NCBI GenBank assembly: GCA_964247055.1
Contig: OZ176055.1
Span: forward strand, 7,936,001-8,000,000
Source of the DNA: Paragordius varius
Taxonomy: Eukaryota > Animalia > Nematomorpha
Direction of reading: 5' to 3'
DNA: 64,000 nucleotides
The notes beneath the pieces were generated by a model that was given only the letters and a program-made list of their open reading frames with translations, was not told the DNA's origin and made no database searches. Position numbers and translations under genes: made by a program. How positions within the stretch are numbered: the first letter of the stretch is position 1; the number at the start of each line of letters is the position of its first letter. Below, in pieces: positions 23,901 through 37,179 of this stretch.

Positions 23901-26900
23901 AACAAAAAAATCCTATTACCCGATTTTTATGATTTAAAGATAGATTTAGCGGTTTGAATAGAAAACAGTTGACAATAATGGTCAGCGGTACCGGTCTTTT
24001 AAAAAATCCCAGAATTCGGTTATTGTAATGGGGTTGTTTTTTTAAGGATATTTAATTTTTTAAATTGTACATTTCATTATTCCACCTATAGATACTTTTA
24101 CAGTCATGTCTATATAGAATTGTCAGACATTCGTATTTAAATGATTATAATTTTTTTTAATTTTTTGATGTTTGATATGTCAACTTTCAACATGCGCATT
24201 TTTAAGCCTTAAAATAATAATAGCCCATTTATTGTAAGAATTTTTAATTTATAATTAAAAGATGTTGCAAAATATTATTCTTGAACATTTTATTTACAAC
24301 ATGCGCATGTAATTTATGATAACCAAGTTTGATATTTGTTTTCATTTTCTAGGGGTTTTTAACATGCACTTAAAATATAAGCTAAACCCAAGCAGATGTC
24401 CATTTAATCTCTCTATATATATTAAGAAATAAATCATAAATCTAGAGTTATTTTAAAAAATTATGAATATCAACGATAACCCATTATTTCTTCTTTGCTC
24501 CGCAGCTAGTATACTTGAAGGTTTATATTAAAAAATAAAAATTCAGAACGAAATCCAATATTAAAGAAAAACATAGCTCCCTCAGTTTATACTTTTGAAT
24601 CAGATACAAGTGAAGAGTCTTCAAGTATTTGATAATAACAATTAGTAGTATCTGATTTGGATGTTCCACTGAATGAAAATGAATTATCTCGTGAAAAAAT
24701 AAAACATTAATATTTTTAAATTTTAGAACATAATTTTTGGAATAAGGAAAAAATAGATAGAGCTAAAAAATTATTTTTTGATCCCAAAAATTTGGAAAAA
24801 CCCTCAAATTAATTTTTGGATTATTTTGATATGTCCTTAACATCTATAAATATATATTAAGAAGAAAAATGATTCTTGGAAATTCTACTGATAGAAATAA
24901 ATCTGGTCGGCGTACCAAATTCAGAAATCCAGAAATAATAGATGCTGTCAAAACATTAATAAACAATGATTGTGAATTAACAATCGATGAATTAATGGAA
25001 CAAATACCAGACCATATTAAAGTATGCAGAACAACTATTTAAAATTCTCTCAGATTCAGAAATTACTCGAAAGAGGTGTATTTTACAACCTCGGGAACGA
25101 AACACCCCAGAGAATATAGAAAAGCGTTATAATTATGCCAGATTGGTGAAAGATATTCCACAAGAAAAAGTTTTTTTATTGATGAGTCAGGCTTCAGTTT
25201 GAAACTTACAAATATATGGGGTAGAGCTCCAAAGGGCAAATCTCCTATTGTAGAGGGATTTAACAAAGGTAAACTTTAAATTTATTTTAGGAAAAAATGT
25301 TTCATTGATATGTATGATTGGTTGTCAGGGAGTTATTAATTACAAAACAAAAGAAGGGGCCTTTAAAGGCGGTGATTTTCTAATTTTTTTGACGGAATGT
25401 TTAACAAGAATCCCTGAAAGTTCAATAATAGTTTGCGATAATGCACCTATTCACAAAGCCGCAGTGGTAGGTGAGCTAAGGAACAAAATTGTTTATTTAC
25501 CTCCTTATTCGCCACAACTGAATCCCATTGAATGTTTTTTTCATGAGATTAAACATCAATATGATAAAAAACCACGGTGTAGTACCACTCTAGAGCAGCA
25601 TAACAAAATTGCAAGACTTTGCGAAGAGAGAAGGGAAAAAAATCTAAAAAATTATTATAATTTTTCTTCACATATTTTGTTGGAATGTATACAAAGAAAA
25701 CCCCTAGAAAACGAAAACAATTATAAATTATTTAAATATTATAATTATCAATAAATATTTTTATCTTTTAAATTATATTTTGGTTATGTGTGTTTAAACT
25801 TTGAGTTAATAAAATTTCATAATTAATATTTTACAAAAGATAAAAATTACAATATGCGCATGTTGTGCATCAAGAATAATATTTTGCAATAACTTTTAAT
25901 TATAAATTAAAAATTCTTACAATAAATAGGCCATTATTATTTTAAGGCTTAAAAATGCAAATGTTGAAAGTTGACATATCAAACATCAAAACAATTAAAA
26001 AAAAATTATAATCATTTAAATACGAATTTCTAATTATATAGACATGACTGTATATACATACAAACTTTTATCTATTTTAATAAAGTTTACATAAAATCCT
26101 TTTTTTTGTACTAAGGTTAAAAAACGCGTAAAACTCCAAGGCTTCGAACTTCAAGATTATTACAGAAGACAAAAAAAGGTGTCAAATGCCCGCCTAAATA
26201 CAGAAAGTTTTGGGCGAAGCAGTACTTCAGACCATCTATTATCATTACAGAAAAAGGGGATGTCTAGCACCCTTCATGCCTCATGGCGAAAACATAAAAA
26301 ACGGTTAAATAGTTTGCTTACAAACAAAAATGCTAATAAATCAACACAAGATGATAAAAGCTTAACAACAACAGTCTCTAAAACTATTATATCATCTGAT
26401 GGAATTGGGTTTGTTTTTATTAATGAACGGCGTATATTTTGAGATATATTATGGCTGGTATGTTGGGATTTTTGTTTGCCATTTTTTAAAAACGATTTTC
26501 TGATGATTTGAATAAATCTTGTATTCTTGTTTATTCAAACAAATAAAAAACAATCCTGTTAGTTTAATTTTTAATATAGCTTACTAATATATTATTACTT
26601 TTTCTATTCATCTTATTACTTTTAAACTCTTTTTAATAGTTTGGACAAGCAGCATATATTAGAGGCATTTTGACTTTTTAAAAATGACTTCCTGTTGATT
26701 CTAACATTTTTTAACATGAAATATATCTTCAAACAAATTAAATTAACAAATTTCTTTTTAAGTTATATATAATCATTACCTAACTTTTTTTTGCAAAATT
26801 TTATATTGAAACAATTTTGTTGTAAATGTCTTTTTTTGGGGTAGTTTGGACAGGTAGCATATATTAGAGGCATTTTGACTTTTTAAAAATGACTTCCTCT

Positions 26901-29900
26901 TGATTCTAACATGAAATATTATGTATTTATATCTTCAAACAAATTAAATTAACAAATTTCTTTTTAAGTTATATAATATATTACATAACTTTTTTTTGCA
27001 AAATATTTCCCATTTTCTTTATAAACTATTTACTGTTAATGTCTTTTTTCATAGTTTGGACAAACATCAGCATGTTTCAGAATCCGTTTATGATTCTGAT
27101 TTTTCAAGTGGTGCTCACACTTGTTCATCCTCTGACAATGATAATGCGGCGAATGCAATGGATGAAGGTTCAAGTTCAAGCGATGAAACTGGAAAATCTA
27201 GCGTTTCTGATCACGAGGATGGAGGGAACACGCTTAATCGTTCTCTAAGGAAAAGTATTATGGACATTTAGGATTTTTTTCGAAAATTTTTTTAGAGTGC
27301 TCTAATTTTGGAATTGTTTAAACAGAGAAATTTTAATAAACGGCCCTTTAAGATAGTATGTGCGGCGCGTAAAAAAATTGAAAAATTTACCAAATAAAAT
27401 CAAAATCACCCCTGGTTTAAAGTCCTTTCAAATGAAAGTTGTAGTGTGTATTTTAGTTTATTATCTCTTTATATTGTGACTATAAGTAGTAACAACATCT
27501 TAAATCATAAAAAATAGATACTTTGCTTTGGAATAGTTAAATAAATGATTATAAATAAAATTTTTAAATTATTAATTAAAAAAGGGTAAAGAGTATTTTT
27601 AGGCTTTTCACCCGATATTTACGCGTAAAATAGCTAAAATTTGTTATTTTTAAAATAATTAGAGATATAATGGTAACTTATTTCATATTTTTATGTTTTT
27701 TTCTTTTGAATACTCTCTCTTTTTTAAAACATTGTATGATTTTTTTCCCAATTTACCAGAATCCTCATTCAAAACTGCAAGTGGTATAATGGCCAATGAT
27801 ACATTGTTTGAAAACGCACAATACCACAATCGAGTCTTAAGTTCTGTGAGTATTGGGCCAAATGAAACATTCTTATCAAATAATAAATCACTAGCTTTTA
27901 ATGATAATATGAATGTTGGAAACCAGCAATTTTTGGGTAACGCTGAGAATGGATCAACAACCGCCTACGATGTTTATATCAATAATGATGTATGCGGAAA
28001 CATTTTGATATTTTATTAAATTTAAGGTTTAAATATTTTACGAAATATTTTGTTTGTTTTGATTTATATTTCATCCTTACTTATATGATTTTATATCTTT
28101 GGTGTCAAATAATTGTGTGGATTTTGCAAAAAATCAGGAAAAAAAATTAGTTTATTATGGCTAAATCCAAGTATTCACCGTACCGTTTTATAACTTTATT
28201 TTAAAAAATAATCAATTTTGAATCCTTAAAATATAGATCTTTTTAGTATATTTGATTAAAGTAACGATATTTATTCGAAAGTTTTGGTATATGTTTAATA
28301 TGCCAAAGTTTTTCAAAATATTTTATAAAATTTTTTAATATTTATAGATTTACCTGAATGAACTTGATATCATTAATTACAAAAAGTATCGGAAACGTTT
28401 AATTTGTTTTGCCGGTTCAGAACAACAAGAAAAATCTCAAAAACTCAAATGGGATGATTATGGCGAATCTGTCGAGTAATATGCATAAATTTTTTTTTTA
28501 AATTTTTTGGGAAATACTTTTTTTATTATATTGAAAACAAAATTTTTATAATTTACTTATATGCAAAATGAACCCCAAATGTTTCGAATTCCGGTAAATG
28601 CTAGTAAATATAACATTTTTGATAATAAATTTGGTCCCTTATGTCATGAATAGTTAGGGTTTGGTCTGACTACCGTTTAAGAATGTATTTTTATAAATTT
28701 GTCCGCATGAAAACAGATGACAAGCTTTAAAACATATCATTATAAAAAATTGTAAAAGAATAATGGTATAAAACTTGAGTTTAATGTAAAAAAATTATCA
28801 AATATTGGTAATTGTTATTAAAATAACTATTACACCGATTCAAACGGTTAATTTTGTTTTATATATTACTTTTGAGCTAGAGTTACCGTAATAGTTTAAA
28901 ATTGTATAGAGAAAACATAAATATTAAAAGATTTAAAACTCTTAAACAACGATATATTTTACACTTAAATGTTATCTCTTGTTTTGGGTTCCCAAATAAT
29001 TCATAGAGATTTATTGATAACACACACACTCAATTGTGTATTTTACAATAGTAATCATACAGTTTTCATGGGCGTTTAAAATAAAATGGCTTTGCAGGCC
29101 GCATTGAAATATATATATAAATGGGCATTTATTTATAATTTATTAGATTTCAAACATAAAACTGCAAAATGAAAACGGAATGTAACATTTTTTTATGCTA
29201 TTTGCATAGAATTATTTAGATGAATAAAAAGAATTATTAATTTACTATTTTATGATCATGTTTTTTCAAATTATGGATTCAATAATGGTTGCGGTTCGCA
29301 TGTTGTCCACCCCTGGTTTAGTTTATATATAAAATATCAAGATTTACGAGAGTATGGTTGTATGTTTTACAAAAATTGTTGTTTAGTTTTTTACGTTTTA
29401 TGGTTATAATTTTAAAATTGTTCTATTTTTATTTATTATTAAATATATCATAAAGTGTGTTAATAACATCGCTATATCTTATTTTGCCACCCAAAACGAT
29501 ATAAGTAACAAAAAATAAGGTTTAAAAAAATTATAGTTGTTTTTATAAAAGGATATAATTTTACTATTTGTCTGTATAATTTTGATTTTTAGTCCAAATG
29601 AATTTAACTTTCAAGGCGTTCAACAAGAATTATCAGCCTTAGATATCGCTTTAAGGGGAAACCCTAATCCAAATACGACTCAGGCTTCTGATCAATCACT
29701 TAACTCCCCTACTTTTCCCACTGACCATATTTTAGGTTTTTTTGTAGTTTTTAATATTTTTCGTAGTTTTGCGTAAATTTTATTAAAAAGTTAATCGACT
29801 TTATCTACAGAAAAACTATAAATTAAGTTGATTTGACAAAAATTTAATGCTAGTCGCACCGATAAAAGTTTCTAAAAATTATAGAGGTAAAATATTGGAT

Positions 29901-32660
29901 ATTTTTAATTAAAAATATATATATTGTATTATTTAGGCGCTTCTGAAGTCCCAACTAAATGTATATCTACACCCCGAACATTAAGCATACGAGCTTCAAT
30001 AGTTTTCATAGATTTTGAGGGCAAATCCGATGGTGAAAGTTATAAAAAAATTATTGCTCAAATAAAACCCAAACAATTGGTAACAACATTTAGTTTTAAA
30101 TATATATATATATCTTTTATACCCTTTATATTTATATGGAAATTTTTGTTTTAAGGATATTTTATAAAGCCCTTTTAAGTTAATATAAGAATCATGTTTT
30201 AAAACATTTTTTTTGTTAGGTTTTAGTGCATGGCACAGAAAAGTGCACAAGCATGTTGGCCGATTATTTTAGATCACACCCAGCGCTTGGTAAATTATAA
30301 ATTTAATTCAATAATATTAATTGATTTTACAAAATAGGTTTCCCTCTCTTTTTCCTGTTAAAAAACAATTACAGATTTGATTATTTGCTTGAGAAATTTT
30401 GTTGATTATCCTTTGTAATACTTTGTAAAGTTTAAAAAAATGAGCCATAAAATAAAAGTGAGGGTTTGAATTTTTTATATTAAATACCTACAAAAGGATA
30501 TTAGAAATTTAACTATATTCTCAGAATAATTTTTCTTATAGCCTTCCTTTATCTTTAGAGTTAAAAACGCCCCTTTAATGTAAAGATTATAAAACAAACT
30601 AATCATATACACTGAATTTTTTAAAAAATAAAAAAGTGTTAAGTTTAAAAAGTTAATTGTACTTTTTTAATGTAGTTTTATATGATAAACTCAGACTTTA
30701 TTTATTATATTATTTTACGTCTTTATTTTGCGAACTATTTTATAACATATATTTTTTATTTAGTCTTGGAAAAATATTTTTTTTATTAAATATATTATGC
30801 TAGGTATCGCAGCAGATAAAATTTTCACTCCAAAGCTTGGGGAGGTGGTAAATGCTACTCTAGAGACTCGCATATTTAAGGTTTGGAAGAAAATAAATGT
30901 TTATCTCAAATTTAATTAAAATATAAAATTAAATTTTCCTTAAAAATATTTTTTTGCGTTTTACAATCAATTAAAAATTTGTGGTATTAATTCAAGATTA
31001 GATTGATTGGTATCAAACATATATTTACATAATTTATACCATTTCAAATCCCTTGAACAATTCAAAACTACCCTCGAACAACTCAAATTCACCCTAAAAT
31101 AAATTATGTATTTCTTAAGTTTAGAAATTACCTTTATTTTATAATTTTTTAAAATGTTAAATTATGTTTAAAATTAATATATTGCTGAAAAAATAATAAA
31201 TTATGCCATAAGGTATATTTCATATTAATGATGAGTTATATTATCCCGAAAACACATAATTTATTTTTAGGGTGAATTGGAATTGTTCGTGGGTGAATTT
31301 GAATTGTTAGAGGGTGAATTTGAATTGTAAATGGTATATCATGGGTATTTAGACAAAATATTAATAATATGGTTTCAAATATATAAATATTTTTCAGTTT
31401 TTTATGACTTATGATATGTGTAGTTATAAAAAAAACTTGCAATTTTTTTAACAATATAATGTGCTTACTCAGCGTGTAATTTTAATTTTTACCGTAATTT
31501 ATCCTCCCAGGTAAAAATAAAGGATGCCTTGGCTTCCCAATTACGATTTAGTAAATATCGAGGTATGGAACTTGCTGAATTAAACTCTTCTATTGTAACT
31601 TTCGATGCGGACCTAGAAAATGATGAACAGAAAAAGACATTACAGAGTAAAAACTTATTATATTTACTACATATCTTGGATGGCAAAAAAAATATTTTTA
31701 TGATTCTGTCCATATAATAATATACATTCCCAAAGTTTAATTTGGCTTTTTGGGTATAATGTAAACTATTTACCATTATTTTTCCGCTCTTTGTTCTTTT
31801 AACAAGTCTAGGCATGTCATTTTTGTCGACATATTTCATGGTTATTTTTAACTTTTTCAAACATTATATCCTTATTTTTAAGTGTTGCATAACTGTTATT
31901 AATTTAAGAAACTTAAAATTTACAGCGATTGTCAGAAATCAAATAATTTATTTTACAAAATATATATATTTATATTAGATGACAACATTGATGCCAATTA
32001 TGAAAATGAAGAGGTCTGTTTATCTCTAGATGTTGAATACTCATCTTCTTTACTAAACAATGTAGGTGATAATAAAAATTATTGTCAAAAAGCCGGAAAA
32101 TCCAACAATTATTTTGTGGGCGATTTGAAACTCACAGATTTCAAACAAATCCTGATTGCTAATGGGATTAACCAAGTCGAATTTTTGGGGCCTACACTTG
32201 TTTGTAATGAGCTCATAGCTATTCGTAAAGTATGTAACATTGCAAATCTTTATATTTATAGATCAAATATAAAAAATAGCGTTTTTTCGATGTTCAAAAA
32301 AATGGTTTTTAAAATATTTTCTTTTCCTTTTTTGACCCTCATTTTTATTATTTCTTATCGAAAGAATTTGTTTAAATGTTATATTTTTGCTTTCGACATT
32401 AACATTTAATGATTAAAATAACCATCAATAAGTTTTTTCTAAAAATTTGCTAACAAAAATTTGAACCATATTGCATAAAAATATATGGAACCAATACAAT
32501 CCTGAATTACAAAAATCTATAAAGGACAAATTTTTTTACATTTATTCCAAATTGATTTTTGTTTTAGAATGAACAAGGCAAAGTTAGTTTTGAAGGGCCA
32601 ATGTGTCGAGACTACTTTAAGATTCGTGATATCTTTTATCAACAATTTGCAATTTTATGA
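17953..32660 (+). CDS. CPSF2: Cleavage and polyadenylation specificity factor 100 kDa subunit, many exons
   Basis: [116 protein letters not shown], and C-terminal [16 protein letters not shown]. Confidence 0.95.
19824..20106. mobile_element. MITE family with TIR TACCATTTACAATTCAAATTCACCC (copy 1 of at least 7)
   Basis: Inverted ends with subterminal ~21 bp repeats. Other copies at 20944-21139, 31037-31336, 33670-33935, ~35236-35400 (partial), 41932-42215 and ~42781-43045. Confidence 0.85.
22395..22633. mobile_element. hAT-like MITE
   Basis: TIR CAGGTGTGTCCAAC / GTTGGAGACCCCTG; imperfect 8-bp flanks ATTTACAA / TTTTACAT. Confidence 0.55.
24101..26050 (+). mobile_element. Tc1/mariner-IS630 DNA transposon with ~215 bp TIRs, in a CPSF2 intron
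   Basis: TA|CAGTCATGTCTATATA...TATATAGACATGACTG|TA. Transposase motifs [16 protein letters not shown] and [13 protein letters not shown]. The N-terminal part has a stop codon and frameshifts. Confidence 0.92.
24868..25754 (+). pseudogene. Disrupted DDE transposase containing a 22-nt intron
   Basis: In-frame stop near 25040 and a frameshift at the T-run before ATTGATGAG. Splicing of 25269-25290 joins [14 protein letters not shown]. Confidence 0.75.
31037..31336. mobile_element. TACCATTT-TIR MITE copy in a CPSF2 intron
   Basis: Same TIR and internal sequence as 19824-20106. Confidence 0.8.
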
Positions 32661-33358
32661 GGCAACATTTTTTATTACTTTCTAATTTGTAAATTCTAAA
32701 TAAATAAATAAGTTTAAAATATATAATTTTTCGAATTTATTATTTCTCATAAATAAAATATGATGGATAATATAAAACATAAATATTATCATAATGTGTT
32801 CTTGGTTGAGACTAGCTATCGGAGAAAAAGGTTATTTATATAAATATATCGTGAAAACAGAAAAAAATGCATAATATATATAATGTGTAGTTTTCATTAA
32901 ACATTTTATCACAAATGAAGGTCTTGGTTGTTATCAATTGTTTAACAAATTGAGATTAAATTTAAACTTGAATAATTTTGACCATGATTAATTTAAAATA
33001 GATAATATATATAATATAACATTGCCATATAAATATTTGAAATGCACCATAAAAAATAAAATCTTTACCAGATAAAACATAATCACATATGCTTTGTGTG
33101 TTTAAAAATATGATGAATTTTCAAAATTTTATCAAAAAATTTAGATATATTACAAATGGTATTGATGCGTTTAAAACATTTTTGGCAGAAAAATATGCCC
33201 AATTTAAACCGTTTTGTTTTGAACAACAATATGTTATTTCCCACCATTGTATGATCAGACACTGGTAATTTTGTCAATACCATCATTAATAAAGTTTAAA
33301 TTTTCAGAATTTTATACTTTATGTGAATAAAACTTTTTTTGGCAGAAAAAGTGAGATT

Positions 33359-36350
33359 TTAAACCGTTTTATTTTTGACAACATTGTTGGGTTCCACCAT
33401 GTTTTTATGGTCAGACGACGACGTTGCAGTTAAATTTTCAATTCCAACTAAGTTTGAATTTTCAAAATCTTCAATACATTTCATGCTGAAGTCCCAGAGT
33501 TCTTGAGCAAGGTTAGGGTCTCGACTAGCTGGAGAACTTTTTTCCAAAGTACAATCCCCGTAATAATAACCGCCCATATCTTCAAGTTCAGGTGCAAGGG
33601 CACAATACAATATGGTTTGACAACCCTGTAATAATATAAGTTCAAATTTGTTTCCTTTATATATATATATATCATTTACAGTTCAAATTCACCCTTAAAC
33701 ATTCAAATTCACACCCTAAAATAAATTATGTGTTTTTTATATTATTTAAAAAATGAAATTACGTTTAAAATTATAATAATACTGAAAAAATAATAAACTA
33801 TGCCATAAAGATTTATTTTATATTAATGATGAGTTATATTAGCCCGAAAATGCATAATTTATTTTTAAAGTGAATTTGAATTGTTGGAGGGTGAATTTGA
33901 ATATTTTCAAGGGTTAATTTGATTTGTAAATGGTATATATATATATAATAAAATTATTATAGAGACAAAACATACAAAAATAAAAAGGCAAATAATTATT
34001 TAGAGACAAATATTTTTAAGTAAAACCTTTAATTTTTTCAATACATATTATATAAATACACCCAAACTCAAAATTACTTAAATAGTTTACGTGGGAAAAC
34101 TAAGGTTTGAAATAACCCAGAAATCGGTTTTAAAATTGGATATTTAGTCCCGAAACTATCTCTAAAAAACATAAAATTAACGCTTATAGTTAGTGGTTCA
34201 AAAATTAAGCACAAATTAGTTCTAATTTCGATAGTTACGATATATAATTTTCTAAAATTTGAAAAAAAAACAGATAAGGACGGTTTATCCATTTTCATTT
34301 TTACAAAAAGTTTTAACATCCACATACAAAGTCAATCCTTTTTTTAATGCCGATTTATGAGTTGACTCATTTTTTAACCTCTTTTAAAAAAATAATTTTA
34401 TAATCTTTTTATGCGCAACTGATTTCTTTTATTAAGTTTAATCAAACTGTTAAAAAGGTATTCTATAAATAAGGAAGTTAGTTCAAAACAAAATTGTGTT
34501 AAATTTTTAACGCCTAAAATATAATAAATTTAAAAAAATCCGCGTGTTTTACACATAAAAAGTTTTCTTTATAATTTTAGAAAAATATTCACCGACCTGA
34601 AAAGTGTTTTGAAACACCAAAGTACCAATTTTAACATAAAGTTCACGAAGTTTAGCCAATTTGACTTGAATGTTTTTGCTTAGGTTGGTAACCACGATCC
34701 CAGGATGCATTACAATCGAAGTTATATTATATGGGGGATGCTCTTGTATTGAATCAACATTTTCTTTAATTAAATCATCGTTAGCCCTTATGGATTGGGT
34801 AGTTTTTAGATACCTCTCTAAGCCTTTACCTGTCGACGCAAAAAAATATTTACAGTAAAAATTAATATTATACGAATAAAATGTTAAATATTTACAGATG
34901 CCATATATATATTGATCCTAATTAAACCTATATAGTGATTATACTATAAAAAATATATCAGTAAAGTATTTCGCCCAAAACAATAGGATATTATCTTGAA
35001 AACAATGTTTTTTCTAAAAAATAAGTCATTTACTTTTTATTATTTTTCTAAATAATTTTATTTTTCCTGTTTTTGTAAAACAGTTAATTATTAATATTTA
35101 ACACAAAAACTATTTCTCCGACAATTAAATGATAAACAAAACACATACAAAACATAATAAATATTTTTTAGCACCTAAAATCTCAATGAATGTAAAAGGT
35201 TTAAGAATAAAGCGAAGAGTACAAAGATAATTAATATGTTTAAAGAGGAATTTAAAATGTTTAATGGTAAATTTGAAATGGTCAAGGGTAAACCGATGCT
35301 TAAAGGTGAAAGTAAATATTTAAGAGTAAAACATAAATGTTAAGTAATGCATTTTAAAGTAAAAATAAACAATGTTGAAGGGTAAATTTGAAATGTTTAA
35401 AGGTTGATATATAAATGGAACAAAAAAGTAAAAATACCCGTTTTTAATCGTCTGGCTAATTCTTTGGTAAACAAAATGTTTGCAAGCTTACTGGTTGCAT
35501 AAGCTTTCATATATCGAAATTCACGACGTTCAAAATGTAAGTCGGAAAAATCAATTTCCCCGCCCTTGTGAACAAAAGAGGAAACCGTTACGATTCGCGG
35601 TTTTAAATTAGTTTCTTGAAAATTTGGTAGAGCATAAAAACGTGATTTTAATTTTTCTTCCGGTGACTCGGCAAACATTGGACAACGGCTTGGATTTTGA
35701 TTGGTGTCGTCATCATTTGATTCAGCTAAATCATTTGCTGACTTTTTATCGATTTTGCTTTTATTTTTTGTATAAGCAATCATATTCTTTTGAGCAGTTG
35801 CATTTAGGAGTGGAAGTAGCAATAGTGTCAGGTACATGTGACCCAAATGATTAATGCCAAAATGTTCTTCATGCCCTTGAGCCGTTTTTAGGCGACGTGT
35901 AGACATAACACCGCCATTATTGATAAGGATATCAAGGCGAGACTCAGTTTCCAGCATTTTTTGAGCGAAAGAACGGATACTCCTGAAATCAGAAAGATCA
36001 CATTTGTGTGCAATCAAACATGGGTATGTAAACTCATCGGAATATCGAGTTTTATCAGAAAACCATTCATCCATTATCTCATGAGTAATGGAGGTAGCTG
36101 CAGATAAACCTGTGCCCTCATCGCGACAAGCCATAATCACACGGGCACCACGTTTCGCTAAATCTAAACTGGTTGCACGACCTAAAAATTAGTAATTAAA
36201 AAATAATTGCTAACCAATTCCAACATTTGCACCAGTAATTATAACCGTTTTTCCTAAAAGTATCTTCCTTGCATCCGGGGCTGCGTCTAAAAATTTGGAA
36301 TATATATTTCTTCGCATTTTCCACTGTCTCCAAATTATAAAGGCAATCTA
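33359..36350 (-). CDS. Short-chain dehydrogenase/reductase, RDH12/13/14-like; 5' end uncertain
   Basis: GKTVIITGANVGIG, DLAKRGARVIMACRD, RLDILINNGGVM, FGINHLGH, YATSKLANILFTKELARRL (YxxxK), HPGIVVTNL and GCQTILYCALAPELE. Confidence 0.85.
33670..33935. mobile_element. TACCATTT-TIR MITE copy in an SDR intron
   Basis: Family TIR and internal sequence. Confidence 0.8.
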
Positions 36351-36622
36351 AATTATATTATAATTTAACTAAAATTATCCAAAAATATGCAATTAAATTT
36401 AAAATTTGAAATTCCATGCCGTTTTACAACCAAATGTGAGCAAATGTTTCTACACCATATGCTATTCACAGTGCTCCTACTGTGATGGGCCAAAAACATA
36501 TTATATTTTTTGATAATAATATATTTTATTTTTCACAGATAATTTTTTGAAAAAGCCTGATAAATTTTGGATATATGTAAGCTGATGTTAAATTACTATA
36601 AATGGCGAACTACCCATTATAT

Positions 36623-37179
36623 TTAACACTTGGATGCAACACATTTACTTCAGTCTTTCGATTCAAATTGAGGTAGTTGGATACCCCAGGCCTGTTAAAA
36701 ATAAAATATTAATAAATATGGACTGAATTGAAACCATGGCAAAAACTTTACCTATATAACATTAGTGAACCGTAATATATAAAAATGTTCATTCGAAAAT
36801 ACTTGATTTAACTTGTTTAAGTGTAAGATCTCAAGGCAAAAATTTAGTCAACATGACATGTGTGCATTAGCTAAATTTAACAATAATACAAATAAACAAA
36901 TTTTTCTGTTTCTACCCATATAAGATGATTGAAAGGAAAATTAGCTTTTATTAAGCTTTAAAATTAAATAAACACGATATTTTGCAAAAAGTTGTAAAAT
37001 AAAAATGGCGTCGAAGTAGTTTTATATGTTTTTTGAAAACTAAATGTTATTTAGATATCTCGGCATTTGGAGAGAAGCATAAATTTAAATTGGACCGTTT
37101 CTTTTAGTAGTTTTGTAAAAACATTAACTTAAAAATAGTCTAGGATATTAAGATACCCCAATTTGAATCGAAGTGTTAA
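36623..37179 (+). mobile_element. TTAA-flanked piggyBac-type MITE
   Basis: TTAACACTTGGATGCAAC...GAATCGAAGTGTTAA. Confidence 0.85.
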
